Shown here piece after piece: positions 1-10,133 of a stretch of 64,000 nucleotides of DNA (the stretch's first letter is position 1; each line of letters opens with the position of its first letter). The position numbers and the translations under genes are program-made. Below the pieces are notes generated by a model. That model did not search any database and had not been told where the DNA came from. It saw only the letters and a program-made list of their open reading frames with translations. This stretch comes from Gammaproteobacteria bacterium Gsub. Its GTDB lineage: Bacteria > Pseudomonadota > Gammaproteobacteria > PS1 > Pseudothioglobaceae. Location: contig JYIN01000013.1 of the NCBI GenBank assembly GCA_002007405.1, forward strand, positions 6,009 through 70,008, written 5' to 3'.

Positions 1-17
1 GCCCTGATTATCAAACC

Positions 18-713
18 TTGGCTGATGATATTGAGGATTATTTTAATAACAGCAATATCATTCTTCAAAACGCCAGAAATACAATCAAAGAGATTGAATT
101 TAAGGGGCAAAAATTAGTGGTTAAATCTTTTAAAAAACCCATTTTAATAAACCGTTTTATCTACACTTATTTAAGAAAATCCAAAGCCGAGCGCGCTTAT
201 GATTTTGCCTTAAAAACTCATAAATTTACCCCCAAAGCCATCGCCTGTGTTCGCTATTACCCCCTTTTTTTATTGACAAAAAGTTATTTTATTTGTGAGA
301 AATTTGATTTTGACTTTGATATGCAAGCCCCACTGTTTAACTTTGAATTAGCAAATAGAGCGTTGATTTTTCAAAAATTTTCCGAGTTTATTTTTGAACT
401 GCATGCAAACCAAATTGTCCATCAAGACTTGTCCCCCGGCAATATTCTAATTAAACAAACCAAACAAGGTTATGAATTTAGAATTATTGACATTAACCGT
501 ATGGTTTTTAAGACGCTGAGCAACAAACAAAAGGCAAAAAATTTTAACAAACTCTGGGCCGATGATAGCGATTTAGCGATAATTCTTTCCCATTATGCGG
601 ATTTGGCAGGCTTGGATAAAGCGAGTTTTGTTAAATTGGGTATTGCGTATAATCAAGCCAATAAAAATGCAAAAATACGGAAGCGGAAAATCAAACAAAA
701 ATTAGGTTTATGA
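18..713 (+). CDS. Lipopolysaccharide kinase (Kdo/WaaP/InaA-like) family protein; frame stays open to the left window edge so the true start may be upstream
   Basis: Kinase-like catalytic loop HQDLSPGNILI followed by IIDINR; lysine-containing strand LVVKSFKKP near N-terminus; first of three overlapping co-directional LPS-core type genes. Confidence 0.6.
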   Translation: MADDIEDYFNNSNIILQNARNTIKEIEFKGQKLVVKSFKKPILINRFIYTYLRKSKAERAYDFALKTHKFTPKAIACVRYYPLFLLTKSYFICEKFDFDFDMQAPLFNFELANRALIFQKFSEFIFELHANQIVHQDLSPGNILIKQTKQGYEFRIIDINRMVFKTLSNKQKAKNFNKLWADDSDLAIILSHYADLAGLDKASFVKLGIAYNQANKNAKIRKRKIKQKLGL

Positions 714-1459
714 TAGAAAATATCTCAGTTGTTATCATCGTTAAAAATGGGGCAAAAACCCTTAAAAAGACACTAAATTCATTGCAGGAATTTAGCGATA
801 TTGTCGTGTATGAAAATGATTCAACCGATGCCACCTTAGAAATCGCCCGAAATTATATCAATGTTAATTTGCAACAAGGGGATTTTTTAGGCTTTGGGGC
901 AACCAAAAATAAAGCTGCCACCTATGCTAAAAATGACTGGATATTAAGCCTTGACAGTGATGAAGTATTAAGTCCAGAAATAATCCAAAATCTGCAAGCA
1001 ACCCAGTTAAAAAAAGACTGCGTCTATACCCTACTTAGGCACAATTATTACCAACAAAAACACATTCAACATTGCTGGGGTAATGATGTGATTACCCGCC
1101 TTTATAACAAAACCCAAACTCAATTTAGTTTTAAAAAAGTGCATGAAAAAATAGAAGATAAGGGTTTAAAAATCAAGCCGTTAGAAGGTATTTTAAAGCA
1201 CTATCCCTATACTACAATTACGGATTTTATCCACAAACTTGACATTTATTCAAGTGCATTTGCACTTGATAATGTCGGTAAAAAATCCTCCTCACCACTC
1301 AAGGCAGTTTTAGATGGCGGGTTTTCCTTTTTTAAAACCTATGTCTTAAAACGCGGTTTTTTAGACGGCTATGCAGGCTTGGTTATTGCTTTTTCACACA
1401 TGGCAACCAACTTTTACAAATACATTAAACTCTATGAACTCAACCAAAGCAAACGATGA
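710..1459 (+). CDS. Family 2 glycosyltransferase (WaaE/KdtX-like LPS core glycosyltransferase)
   Basis: N-terminal GT-A fold pattern ISVVIIVKNGAKTLKKTLNSL ... ENDSTD ... LSLDSDE (DxD); start overlaps previous stop. Confidence 0.7.
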   Translation: MIENISVVIIVKNGAKTLKKTLNSLQEFSDIVVYENDSTDATLEIARNYINVNLQQGDFLGFGATKNKAATYAKNDWILSLDSDEVLSPEIIQNLQATQLKKDCVYTLLRHNYYQQKHIQHCWGNDVITRLYNKTQTQFSFKKVHEKIEDKGLKIKPLEGILKHYPYTTITDFIHKLDIYSSAFALDNVGKKSSSPLKAVLDGGFSFFKTYVLKRGFLDGYAGLVIAFSHMATNFYKYIKLYELNQSKR

Positions 1460-2400
1460 ATATTCTCATCAGCCGACATGACAAAATTGGTGATTTTATC
1501 ACTGCACTGCCTCTTTTTTATGTAGTTAAAAAATCCTATCCTGATGCCAAAATTTATGCTCTTGTGGCAAAAATAAATATTGAAATTGCTAAAAAAATTG
1601 GCTTTATTGATTCGGTAATTTTGTATGATAAAAATGACTTTTGGCAGACTTTAAAACAAATCAAAAAAGCCAAAATCACGGTTAGCATCAGTGCATTTAT
1701 TGACGCTCGACTTGGGCTATTGTTGTATTTAAGTGGCATTCAAAAACGCATTGCCCCAGCCACCAAAATCGCCCAACTGTTTTTTAATAAAACCCTTAAA
1801 CAAAATCGTAGCCAAGTGGAAAAAACCGAAATTTTATATAATCTTGATTTGGCAAAAAAATTAGATAGAAATATTGATTTGAATTTTACAAGCCCATTAT
1901 TAAAACTTGAAAAAACCCCCAATTTTCGTAATCAATATCGGTTAGGAAATAAAAAAATTGTGCTCTTCCACCCGGGCTATGGCGGCAGCAGCGAGGGCAA
2001 TTTAAGCATAACAGATTATCTGAATTTAGCCAAAACTGCCAATGCTATTGAAAATATTCAAGTTGTCTTTACCTTCGGTCCCGATGACCACCAGACTCAA
2101 GTAAAAATACAAGACTTAATACCAGCAGAAATGATGATTTATCGCCCCCCAACACTACTTGATTTTTGCCACTTAATTAATGACAGTGAATTATTAGTTA
2201 GCACCTCAACAGGTCCCATGCACTTGGCAGGCGCACTCAACATCAAAACCATCAGTTTTTTTGGCAACACTCCATTTGCTAGCCCAAAACGCTGGGCAAC
2301 GGTAAGCGCTAAAAACAAACAACACAATTTGATAATTAAACAATGTCGTTTTCAAGACATACAAAAAATATTAACCACTGAAGTGAGCGCCTTTAAATAG
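1456..2400 (+). CDS. Family 9 glycosyltransferase (LPS heptosyltransferase family)
   Basis: N-terminal RHDKIGDFITALPLF...YPDAKIYALV pattern typical of GT9; C-terminal STSTGPMHLAGAL motif; overlaps upstream GT2 gene. Confidence 0.7.
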   Translation: MNILISRHDKIGDFITALPLFYVVKKSYPDAKIYALVAKINIEIAKKIGFIDSVILYDKNDFWQTLKQIKKAKITVSISAFIDARLGLLLYLSGIQKRIAPATKIAQLFFNKTLKQNRSQVEKTEILYNLDLAKKLDRNIDLNFTSPLLKLEKTPNFRNQYRLGNKKIVLFHPGYGGSSEGNLSITDYLNLAKTANAIENIQVVFTFGPDDHQTQVKIQDLIPAEMMIYRPPTLLDFCHLINDSELLVSTSTGPMHLAGALNIKTISFFGNTPFASPKRWATVSAKNKQHNLIIKQCRFQDIQKILTTEVSAFK

Positions 2401-2608
2401 ATCTTTTTTATCAAGATACAAAAGCCCCAAATAAAATAAAATTGTGGCACAATTTATGTTTCAAACAATGAGTATTAAGTGTTAAAAATCAGCTTGCTTA
2501 AAAAAGTGCTTAAAAAGGTAATTTTGATGTTGTTTTTTGTTATGATTGAGTAAGTTTTTAGTTTGTTTTAAAAGGTTTTTAAAAGTTGGCTACTTAGTGG
2601 GGCATCAC

Positions 2609-3037
2609 TTAACCTAAACCCAACTCAGATACCCTAATCTCTCGTGAGAGTTTATCTAATGAGGCGTTGATAAGTTTATAAGCATCTTGTGCTGCATATA
2701 ATTTTGCCAATTCAAGGGCTTCGTTAATGACGACTTTATAAGGCACCTCAGGGCTAAATTTAAGTTCATACGCACCCAAATACAAAATTGCATGCTCAAC
2801 CGAGCCTAATTCATGGATTTTCCTGCTTAGAGTTGGGGCAATAAATTCATCTAATAATGTGCGGTTTTTAAGAATGTTAATAAACAAATTAGAGAAAAAA
2901 GTTTTGGATATTTTGCCGCGTTTTTGATTTAAAAATTGTTGCTCAATTTGCAATATTTCTCCCTCAGAAACCAAATATTGATACAATGCTTGCACCACCC
3001 TCTCACGGCTGCGTTGTTTGGGGGTTTTGAATGTCAT
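2609..3037 (-). CDS. nusB: Transcription antitermination factor NusB
   Basis: 142 aa, RERVVQALYQ ... AYELKF ... VVINEALELAK NusB-like helices; immediately downstream of ribH as in the conserved ribH-nusB pair. Confidence 0.9.
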   Translation of the reverse strand: MTFKTPKQRSRERVVQALYQYLVSEGEILQIEQQFLNQKRGKISKTFFSNLFINILKNRTLLDEFIAPTLSRKIHELGSVEHAILYLGAYELKFSPEVPYKVVINEALELAKLYAAQDAYKLINASLDKLSREIRVSELGLG

Positions 3038-3538
3038 TTATTTAACCTGTTTAAGCAAATACAGCATTTCAATCATCGCCATAGTCGCCTCTTCACCTTT
3101 ATTGCCTTTGCAGCCCCCTGCCCTATCGATGGCTTGTGCCATATTGTTGGTAGTTAATACCCCAAATGTGGTTGGAATTTCATATTGGTAGGATGCCTCA
3201 GCCACGCCACGGGCACATTCATTACAGATAAAATCAAAATGCGCAGTTTGACCTTTAATCACCGCACCTAAAGTGATAATGCCATGATATTTTTTGCTTT
3301 TTGCCAATCGCTTTGCAAGTAGCGGAATTTCAAATGCGCCAGGGGCATAAAATACCGCTACATTTTTTGTTTGCATGCCGTATTTTTTTAAGGTTTGTTG
3401 GGCTGCCGATAGCAATTTATCACCAATATCTTGATAAAAATAAGCAACAATAATTGCAACCTTTGTGGTTGATAAAAAATGAGTATTGGTATTTTTATCA
3501 AATTTAACTTCCATTCCCATTACTTTACTCGCTGGCAT
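3038..3538 (-). CDS. ribH: 6,7-dimethyl-8-ribityllumazine synthase (start could be one of the internal Met at residues 7/9)
   Basis: PGAFEIPLLAKRLA, GAVIKGQTAHFDFI, FGVLTT and GNKGEEA motifs match lumazine synthase. Confidence 0.9.
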   Translation of the reverse strand: MPASKVMGMEVKFDKNTNTHFLSTTKVAIIVAYFYQDIGDKLLSAAQQTLKKYGMQTKNVAVFYAPGAFEIPLLAKRLAKSKKYHGIITLGAVIKGQTAHFDFICNECARGVAEASYQYEIPTTFGVLTTNNMAQAIDRAGGCKGNKGEEATMAMIEMLYLLKQVK

Positions 3539-4601
3539 CTATATATTCAACAACTTCTAAACCAAAACCTTTAAGCCCATGTAATTTTCTAGGACCGCCT
3601 AAAATTTTCATTTTTTTAACACCTAAGGCAGATAAAATTTGCGCACCAATGCCGTAAGTTTTAATATCATCGCCACCAACCTCTCTGGTGAGATTATCAA
3701 TGTTTTGCAGAATTGACTTATGGCTTTGCTTTCTAAGCAACAAAAACACACCGCTATCGGCGTTGGCAATGTGCCTAAGCGCTGCATCAATGCTAAAACT
3801 GCTGGCATCCTCTTTTAACACATCTTTAAAAGTATCTTCCATATGCACCCGCACGCAAATATCATGATTGCCGTCTATTTTGCCTTTTACCAAAGCCAAA
3901 TGCACCTCATTGTGAATTTTATCAAGAAAAGAAATCAATCTAAAGGTTGCGTATTTGGTTTTAAATTCACGCTCATTAACATATTTAATGGTTTTTTCAT
4001 TTTTAATACGATAAGAGATTAGATCTTCAATTGTGCCCCATTTAATATTGTGTTTTTGGGCAAAAATCTCTAAATCATCACGCCGCGCCATTGAACCATC
4101 TTCATTCAAAATCTCAACAATCACACTGGCAGGCTCAAACCCTGCCAAACGCGCTAAATCACAACCTGCTTCAGTGTGCCCAGCACGAATCAATACGCCA
4201 CCGGGTTGTGCCATAAGCGGGAAAATATGCCCCGGTTGGATAATATCAGTAGGTTTGGCATCAGCTGCAACCGCATCTAATATCGTTTTCGCCCTATCCG
4301 CAGCCGAAATACCAGTGGTTACGCCCTGTGCTGCCTCAATGGAGAGGGTAAAATTGGTGCCATTAGCATCGTTATTCTGCGCCACCATCAGAGGTAAATT
4401 TAGTTGCTTACAACGCTGTTGAGTCAAAGTAAGGCAGATTAAACCGCGACCATGTGTGGCCATAAAATTGATGTCTTCTTTGCTAACGGTTGCAGCGGCA
4501 ATAATCAAATCTCCCTCGTTTTCGCGATCTTCATCATCCATTAGAATAATCATTTTGCCTTGCTTGTAATCGCTTAAAATTTCTCTCATTGTGGCTTTCA
4601 T
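3525..4601 (-). CDS. ribBA: 3,4-dihydroxy-2-butanone-4-phosphate synthase fused to a GTP cyclohydrolase II-like domain that lacks the zinc cysteines
   Basis: N-terminal [12 protein letters not shown] and [17 protein letters not shown]-synthase motifs; C-terminal half aligns to RibA but VRVHMED...DASSF replaces VRVHSEC...RCDCG. Confidence 0.88.
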   Translation of the reverse strand: MKATMREILSDYKQGKMIILMDDEDRENEGDLIIAAATVSKEDINFMATHGRGLICLTLTQQRCKQLNLPLMVAQNNDANGTNFTLSIEAAQGVTTGISAADRAKTILDAVAADAKPTDIIQPGHIFPLMAQPGGVLIRAGHTEAGCDLARLAGFEPASVIVEILNEDGSMARRDDLEIFAQKHNIKWGTIEDLISYRIKNEKTIKYVNEREFKTKYATFRLISFLDKIHNEVHLALVKGKIDGNHDICVRVHMEDTFKDVLKEDASSFSIDAALRHIANADSGVFLLLRKQSHKSILQNIDNLTREVGGDDIKTYGIGAQILSALGVKKMKILGGPRKLHGLKGFGLEVVEYIDASE

Positions 4602-5185
4602 ATTCTATCTTTTAGTAGTTGCTCAAGGTGTCTGGCAATTATATCAACTTCCAAATTAACCCAACTCCCTACTTGTAATTTATAAAGTGTGGTTGCATTC
4701 AAGGTGTGTGGCACAATATTGACATCAAATACATCCGTATCAATGGCATTCACGGTCAAACTCACGCCATCAATACAAATTGCACCTTTTTTGGCAATAT
4801 ATTTTACCAAATTCCTCGGTGTCTTAATTTTAAAACCAGTGGAAACACCTTGAGCAAAGCGTGCCAGCACTTTGCCGACACCATCAATGTGGGCGCTGAC
4901 CAAATGCCCATTGATACCTTGATTGAGTCTTAATGCTTTTTCAAGATTAACTGTATTGCCAACTTGTAAATATTTAAAGGTTGAACAATTTTGCGTCTCT
5001 ATGGAGACATCTACTTTGAAATAATAATTACCAATCTCAACTGCGGTAAGGCAAACTCCATTAACTGCGATACTATCACCAACTTTCATAGATACCAAAA
5101 ACTGCGCGTCATCAATTGAAAAGCAAAATTTAGCATTTTGAATGCTTTTAATCTTCCCAATTTTTTGAATAATGCCAGTAAACAT
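4598..5185 (-). CDS. ribE: Riboflavin synthase alpha chain (start taken at MFTGIIQ, ATG 5183-5185)
   Basis: MFTGIIQ N-terminus and duplicated lumazine-binding repeats GDSIAVNGVCLT / GAICIDGVSLT; start codon overlaps upstream stop (TGATG). Confidence 0.9.
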   Translation of the reverse strand: MFTGIIQKIGKIKSIQNAKFCFSIDDAQFLVSMKVGDSIAVNGVCLTAVEIGNYYFKVDVSIETQNCSTFKYLQVGNTVNLEKALRLNQGINGHLVSAHIDGVGKVLARFAQGVSTGFKIKTPRNLVKYIAKKGAICIDGVSLTVNAIDTDVFDVNIVPHTLNATTLYKLQVGSWVNLEVDIIARHLEQLLKDRI

Positions 5186-5967
5186 CAGCGATTTTGCTCT
5201 TGATGTAGGCAAAAACTAACACTGGCACCAAACAGTACCAAAACCCAAGAAAAAACCCACAACATAAACAATAATAGGGCTGACAAAGTGCCGTAAATCA
5301 GCTCATAAAGCGGAAAATAAACGATATATATAAGTAATATTGATTTTAAAACCTCCAAAAAAAATGCCGCAATCAACCCAGATTTAATGGCATTTTTAAA
5401 ACTGATTCTCTCACTGGGAATAAAATAATACAACAAACTCAAACCAATGGCAGAAAGGATAATAGGCAAACTTGATAACAATATCCCGCCCATAGGCACA
5501 AACACAAATACCTTTGAGGCGCCAAAATAGGAACTAACAAACAAAGACAGTGCTAAAAATAAAGGACCTAGCACTAAAACCAATAAATAAATTAACAGAT
5601 CAAAACCAAAATGACGGGTTTTTTTGCTCTCCCAAATTGAGTTAATGCGATTATCTACCTCGCGAAATAGAAAAATCGTTGCCACCACTAAAAATAACAA
5701 GCTTATCCCTTTGAGTTTCTGTGCACTGGTGATAAATTGATGAATATATTGATTAACTATCTCATAGTTTTTTGGCAATAATTGCACAAATAAAAATTCT
5801 TCAAGATGCTGCTGTAAATCTACAAAATAAGGCGACAAGGAAAACACACTAAAAATCAAGGCAAGTGTCGGCACAATGGCAAACAAGGTTGAAAATGAAA
5901 GAACAGCTGCCGAGTCCAAGCCGTTTTTAGATTTAAGGTGGTGAAACGCCAATGTCAAAATTCTCAT
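5185..5967 (-). CDS. YihY/BrkB-family inner membrane protein (start taken at ATG 5965-5967)
   Basis: Multi-TM protein with N-terminal DSAAVLSFSTLFAIVPTLALIF pattern typical of YihY/BrkB; stop overlaps ribE start. Confidence 0.7.
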   Translation of the reverse strand: MRILTLAFHHLKSKNGLDSAAVLSFSTLFAIVPTLALIFSVFSLSPYFVDLQQHLEEFLFVQLLPKNYEIVNQYIHQFITSAQKLKGISLLFLVVATIFLFREVDNRINSIWESKKTRHFGFDLLIYLLVLVLGPLFLALSLFVSSYFGASKVFVFVPMGGILLSSLPIILSAIGLSLLYYFIPSERISFKNAIKSGLIAAFFLEVLKSILLIYIVYFPLYELIYGTLSALLLFMLWVFSWVLVLFGASVSFCLHQEQNR

Positions 5968-6372
5968 TTTTCCCCAACCCAAACATTAAAAAAGCAAAAA
6001 ACACAAAGCCTAACTGGTGTGGTTTAGAGGATGCAATCATCCATTGGGTGCAATACCATCAAAACCTGCTTTGATATGAGTATTTTAAACCACAAACCCA
6101 AACGAACCAACAAACTTTTAAGCGCACGCATCAGATTCGGCATCTTATTTAATGCACCTATAGACAGTATTTTTTGGAAAATATTAAAGATGGGTTTTTA
6201 GAAAATTCTGGGGACAATATTAGACACCCTTTCCCATACATAATGATAAATGTAGTAAATTCACAACAGGAATACTCAGTAAGCATTGGATGCTTTTTTA
6301 CTTAGGACAAGTTCCCAACATAGTTTTAATAATTTTTTTGTGGTGTGATAATTTTCGCCCTTATAAAAACTC

Positions 6373-6759
6373 TTAGAATAATTGCCGAGTTAATACCAAA
6401 CCTACAAACACTGCTGATAACGACAATGCCACATTGAGTGCGACATTGATGCTGGCTTGTAAGTAATTTTGTGCTTGAATCAGCTGCAGAGTTTCAATTG
6501 AGACAGCAGAAAATGTGGTTAAAGAACCACACAAACCAACCAATAATAACAAACGGTAAGTCTCTGAAAGCAAGACTTTTTCCAAAATAATCACCAGTAA
6601 AATACCAGCAATAAAAGAACCGATAACATTTGCCAACAAAGTCCCATAAGCAAAACTATTGCCCCAAATTTGCACACTCCAAAGTGATAAATAATAACGC
6701 ATACTCGCACCGATGGTCGCGCCAATACCTATCACCAAAATCGTGGGTAGAAAAGTCAT
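6373..6759 (-). CDS. crcB: Fluoride ion channel CrcB/FluC
   Basis: 128 aa, four TM segments, GATIGASMRYY and GLCGSLTTFS motifs characteristic of CrcB. Confidence 0.85.
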   Translation of the reverse strand: MTFLPTILVIGIGATIGASMRYYLSLWSVQIWGNSFAYGTLLANVIGSFIAGILLVIILEKVLLSETYRLLLLVGLCGSLTTFSAVSIETLQLIQAQNYLQASINVALNVALSLSAVFVGLVLTRQLF

Positions 6760-8000
6760 GATAAGCCTCTTAATTGCTTGATTTTTTCACTGATTTTGAC
6801 CTCTAAACCTCGTTGGGTTGGCACATAATATTGTTGCTCGCCTAAATCATCGGGAAAATAACGCTGCCCTTTGGCTATCGCATCTGTCTCGTTATGGGAG
6901 TAACGATAACCCTCACCATAACCTAAATCACGCATCAGTCCAGTGGGTGCATTGCACAAATGTTTGGGCACTGGCAAATCACTACTTGCTTTTGCCGCAT
7001 CTATTGCTTGATTAAAAGCCTGATAAAGTGCATTGGATTTTGGTGCAACAGCACAATACACAGCCGCTTGTGCAATTGCACGGTTGCCTTCTTTTTCTCC
7101 CAACCGATCAAACACTTGCGCGGCATTTAGAGTAATCTCTAATGCCCGCGGATCGGCATTGCCAATATCTTCTGAGGCAATTGCCAACAACCTACGGACA
7201 ATGGTTTTCGGGTCGCAGCCACCCACCAACATTCTTGCCATCCAATATAATGCACCATCTGGCGAAGAACCGCGCACCGATTTATGAAAGGCTGAAAGTT
7301 GCTGATAAAAAATATCGCCGCCCTTATCAAAAACGCTGATTTTCTCCTGCAATAATTGCGCGATTGAATTGCGGTCTAATTTATCTAGATTAGCCAAGCT
7401 AATTTGCTCAACAATATTAAGCAGCCGCCGCGCATCGCCACTACTGGCATTGATAATGTGTCTTTTTGCCACCGCATCTGCTAACTGCAATTTTGTATGG
7501 GCTGAAGCACGGGCTAATATTTGTCCAAGCTCTAACGCATTTAATGGCTGTAAAACATAGACACTTAGGCGTGATAATAGGGACGAGTTCAGCTCAAAAG
7601 ATGGATTCTGTGTGGTCGCACCAATTAAGGTAACTAGCCCTGATTCAATATGTGGCAAAAAGGCATCTTGCTGGGCTTTATTAAAACGATGAATTTCATC
7701 TATAAATAAAATCGTATTTTTATCAAAATTTTGGAATTTTTTAGCATTTTCAACCACGCTCCGAATCTCTTTTACTCCGTCTAATACAGCATTCATTTTC
7801 TCAAAATGCCCGCCAACTTGAGTGGCAATAATCCGCGCCAAAGTGGTTTTACCTGTGCCTGATGGCCCCCACAAAATCATTGAGTGTAGTTTCTGATTAT
7901 CAATGGCTTGCTTGAGTGGGTGAGTGTCACTGAATAGATGTGATTGACCAAAAAAATCACTCAGTTGTTGGGGTCTTAAATGTTCGGCAAGTGGTTTCAT
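6756..8000 (-). CDS. rarA: Replication-associated recombination protein A (MgsA/RarA AAA+ ATPase)
   Basis: [15 protein letters not shown], Walker [12 protein letters not shown], Walker [14 protein letters not shown]-terminal MgsA domain ([22 protein letters not shown]). Confidence 0.92.
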   Translation of the reverse strand: MKPLAEHLRPQQLSDFFGQSHLFSDTHPLKQAIDNQKLHSMILWGPSGTGKTTLARIIATQVGGHFEKMNAVLDGVKEIRSVVENAKKFQNFDKNTILFIDEIHRFNKAQQDAFLPHIESGLVTLIGATTQNPSFELNSSLLSRLSVYVLQPLNALELGQILARASAHTKLQLADAVAKRHIINASSGDARRLLNIVEQISLANLDKLDRNSIAQLLQEKISVFDKGGDIFYQQLSAFHKSVRGSSPDGALYWMARMLVGGCDPKTIVRRLLAIASEDIGNADPRALEITLNAAQVFDRLGEKEGNRAIAQAAVYCAVAPKSNALYQAFNQAIDAAKASSDLPVPKHLCNAPTGLMRDLGYGEGYRYSHNETDAIAKGQRYFPDDLGEQQYYVPTQRGLEVKISEKIKQLRGLS

Positions 8001-8932
8001 AAATTTATTTTTACCACTTTATGGGCATGCTGTTGATTAAAAATTAATATAACTGGCAAATTTAATTGCCTCGCTAAAACACTGGCTTTTTTACTACCCA
8101 TTGCCAGCATCGCTGTTGCATACGCATCTGCTAGCATTGCTTGGTTATGAATAACACTTACTGAGGCTAGATCACTTGTAGCAGGCAAGCCCGTATCAGG
8201 CTGCAAAATATGTGCATATCGTCTGCCTTCCCAAACAAAATAATTACGATAATCCCCTGAGGTAGCAACGGCTTGGTTATTCAACTCAAGGGCAATCGGA
8301 AATTTAGTATTAGGCATTTCAACACCCACATTCCATTTTCCACGCACCCGAATTTCACCACCAATTTCTACCAAAAATCGCGCCACACCGCTATTTTCTA
8401 AAAGCCGCGCAAGCTCATCTACCGCAAAACCTTTAGCAATACCTGATAAATTAAGTTGAATGTCTTTGTGTTTTTTGATTCTACCTTTGACAAATTGTAA
8501 ATGTCTAATAGATGATTGTTCAAGTGCGACTTTAATCTCTTGGCTATCGGGCTTGTCTGCCACCGATTTTACCCCAAAACCCCAAATATCAAGCAAACGC
8601 CCAATGCCGGGATCAAAATAACCATGGGTTTGTTGATTGATCTTCTCTGCCTCCCGTAACACAAAAAACAACGCATCCGAAACCTTAACCCACTGATTAG
8701 TTGGGTTTTTATTAAACAAAGACAATTCCGAAGAATCGTTCCAAGTAGAAAATATAGTGTTCATTTGCCTAAGCTTAAAATTGACTTTTTCTGCAGATAG
8801 TGGCTGTGCACTAAACTGCTTTATGGTGTAAGTCGTACCCATGATTTCGCCATTTATACTACTGGTTTGGACGCCATTAAAACAAGCGCTCAACAGCAAA
8901 CTAACACCTATAATAAGGTATAATCTTGGCAT
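7997..8932 (-). CDS. apbE: FAD:protein FMN transferase ApbE, lipoprotein (start taken at ATG 8930-8932)
   Basis: MPRLYLIIGVSLLLSAC lipobox signal peptide; GIAKGFAVD and ATSGDYRNYF ApbE motifs; the longer ORF to 9148 adds an implausible leader. Confidence 0.85.
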   Translation of the reverse strand: MPRLYLIIGVSLLLSACFNGVQTSSINGEIMGTTYTIKQFSAQPLSAEKVNFKLRQMNTIFSTWNDSSELSLFNKNPTNQWVKVSDALFFVLREAEKINQQTHGYFDPGIGRLLDIWGFGVKSVADKPDSQEIKVALEQSSIRHLQFVKGRIKKHKDIQLNLSGIAKGFAVDELARLLENSGVARFLVEIGGEIRVRGKWNVGVEMPNTKFPIALELNNQAVATSGDYRNYFVWEGRRYAHILQPDTGLPATSDLASVSVIHNQAMLADAYATAMLAMGSKKASVLARQLNLPVILIFNQQHAHKVVKINL

Positions 8933-10133
8933 GTTTAGTTTTATATTTTTATCTATTTTTACTACCTTACTGCTGGCTACTGATACTGCTATAAATGATA
9001 CCCAAGACAGATCTAATCCACGAGCTTTTGAGATATTCTTAACAGATATTCGCGCCCAAGCCCGTAAACAAGGCATCTCAACTGCCACGCTTGATGCCGC
9101 ATTTAACGGCTTAACACCAAACCCTAAGGTTTTAGAATACGACCGCAATCAAGCAGAATTTACCCTAAATTTTTGGCATTATCTAAACTCAAGGGTGAGC
9201 AATAAGCGCTTGCAAAAAGGCAAAATTTCCCTTAAAAAAAATCAAGACTTGTTAATGCGTGTTTATCAAAAATATGGCGTGCGCCCAGAAATTTTAGTAT
9301 CAATTTGGGGCTTAGAGACCAACTATGGCGAGCAGGTGGGCAAAATGAATTTGGTGCGTTCATTAGCGACCTTGGGCTTTGACCTGCGGCGGCGTGATTT
9401 TTTCAGTCGTGAATTATTAGCCCTGCTAAAACTGATTGATGAGGGCAAGCTGCCTTTGAACGCTAAAGGGTCGTGGGCGGGGGCAATGGGCAATACCCAA
9501 TTTATGCCGAGTAATGTTGCTGCCTATGGTATTGATGCTGATGCTGATGGCAACATAGATTTGTGGAACAGCCTCGAAGATATTATGAGCAGCAGTGCCA
9601 ATTTTCTAAATGCGATTGGCTGGCATAGAGGTGAAAAATGGGGGCATGAGGTAAAAATTACCGCTGATTTTGATTTTTCTTTGGCAAATATCAACCTTAA
9701 AAAAAGTTTAAATGAGTGGCACACATTGGGGGTACGCCTGACTAATAATGCTGATTTACCAAACTCAAATAAACAAGCGGCACTCATTTTGCCGATGGGC
9801 TTTAAAGGACCTGCGTTTTTGGTATATCACAATTTTTATGCGATTTTGCGTTGGAATAACTCAATTTTATATGCCTTGTCGGTGGGGCATTTAGCAGACA
9901 AAATCATCAATAATCAAACTTTATCCAGCAAACCCATTGCCCAGCCGTCTCTTAGTCGTGATGATATTTTAAGCATTCAAACCAAACTTATAGAATTGGG
10001 TTTTAATGCAGGCAAGCCCGACGGCATTGCTGGACCTAAAACTCGCTCTGCAACACGCGCCTATCAAAAACATAACGCCCTACCAGCTGATGGGTATGTG
10101 GGGTATCAATTATTACAACAATTACAACCATGA
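8931..10133 (+). CDS. mltB: Lytic murein transglycosylase (MltB family) with C-terminal peptidoglycan-binding domain (start taken at ATG 8931)
   Basis: Signal-like MFSFIFLSIFTTLLLA; SIWGLETNYG catalytic Glu motif, GAMGNTQFMPS; C-terminal PG_binding_1-like LGFNAGKPDGIAGPKTRSATRAYQ. Confidence 0.8.
   Translation: MFSFIFLSIFTTLLLATDTAINDTQDRSNPRAFEIFLTDIRAQARKQGISTATLDAAFNGLTPNPKVLEYDRNQAEFTLNFWHYLNSRVSNKRLQKGKISLKKNQDLLMRVYQKYGVRPEILVSIWGLETNYGEQVGKMNLVRSLATLGFDLRRRDFFSRELLALLKLIDEGKLPLNAKGSWAGAMGNTQFMPSNVAAYGIDADADGNIDLWNSLEDIMSSSANFLNAIGWHRGEKWGHEVKITADFDFSLANINLKKSLNEWHTLGVRLTNNADLPNSNKQAALILPMGFKGPAFLVYHNFYAILRWNNSILYALSVGHLADKIINNQTLSSKPIAQPSLSRDDILSIQTKLIELGFNAGKPDGIAGPKTRSATRAYQKHNALPADGYVGYQLLQQLQP

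Noticed and set aside
5186-5260. FMN riboswitch upstream of the rib operon
   Set aside because: The ribE start overlaps the stop of the yihY-like gene (TGATG), leaving no non-coding leader. I saw no FMN-element-like sequence in 5983-6372 by eye, though a covariance-model scan would be needed to be certain.
6756-6800. Fluoride riboswitch expected upstream of crcB
   Set aside because: The crcB start (6759) overlaps the rarA stop (6756), so there is no leader region that could hold a riboswitch. crcB appears co-transcribed with rarA.
8841-9148. Long forms of mltB (from 8841) and apbE (to 9148), overlapping by 308 bp
   Set aside because: The added N-terminal residues are not signal-peptide-like and are not conserved-looking. 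Both proteins gain canonical signal peptides when started at the shared CATG (8930-8933).
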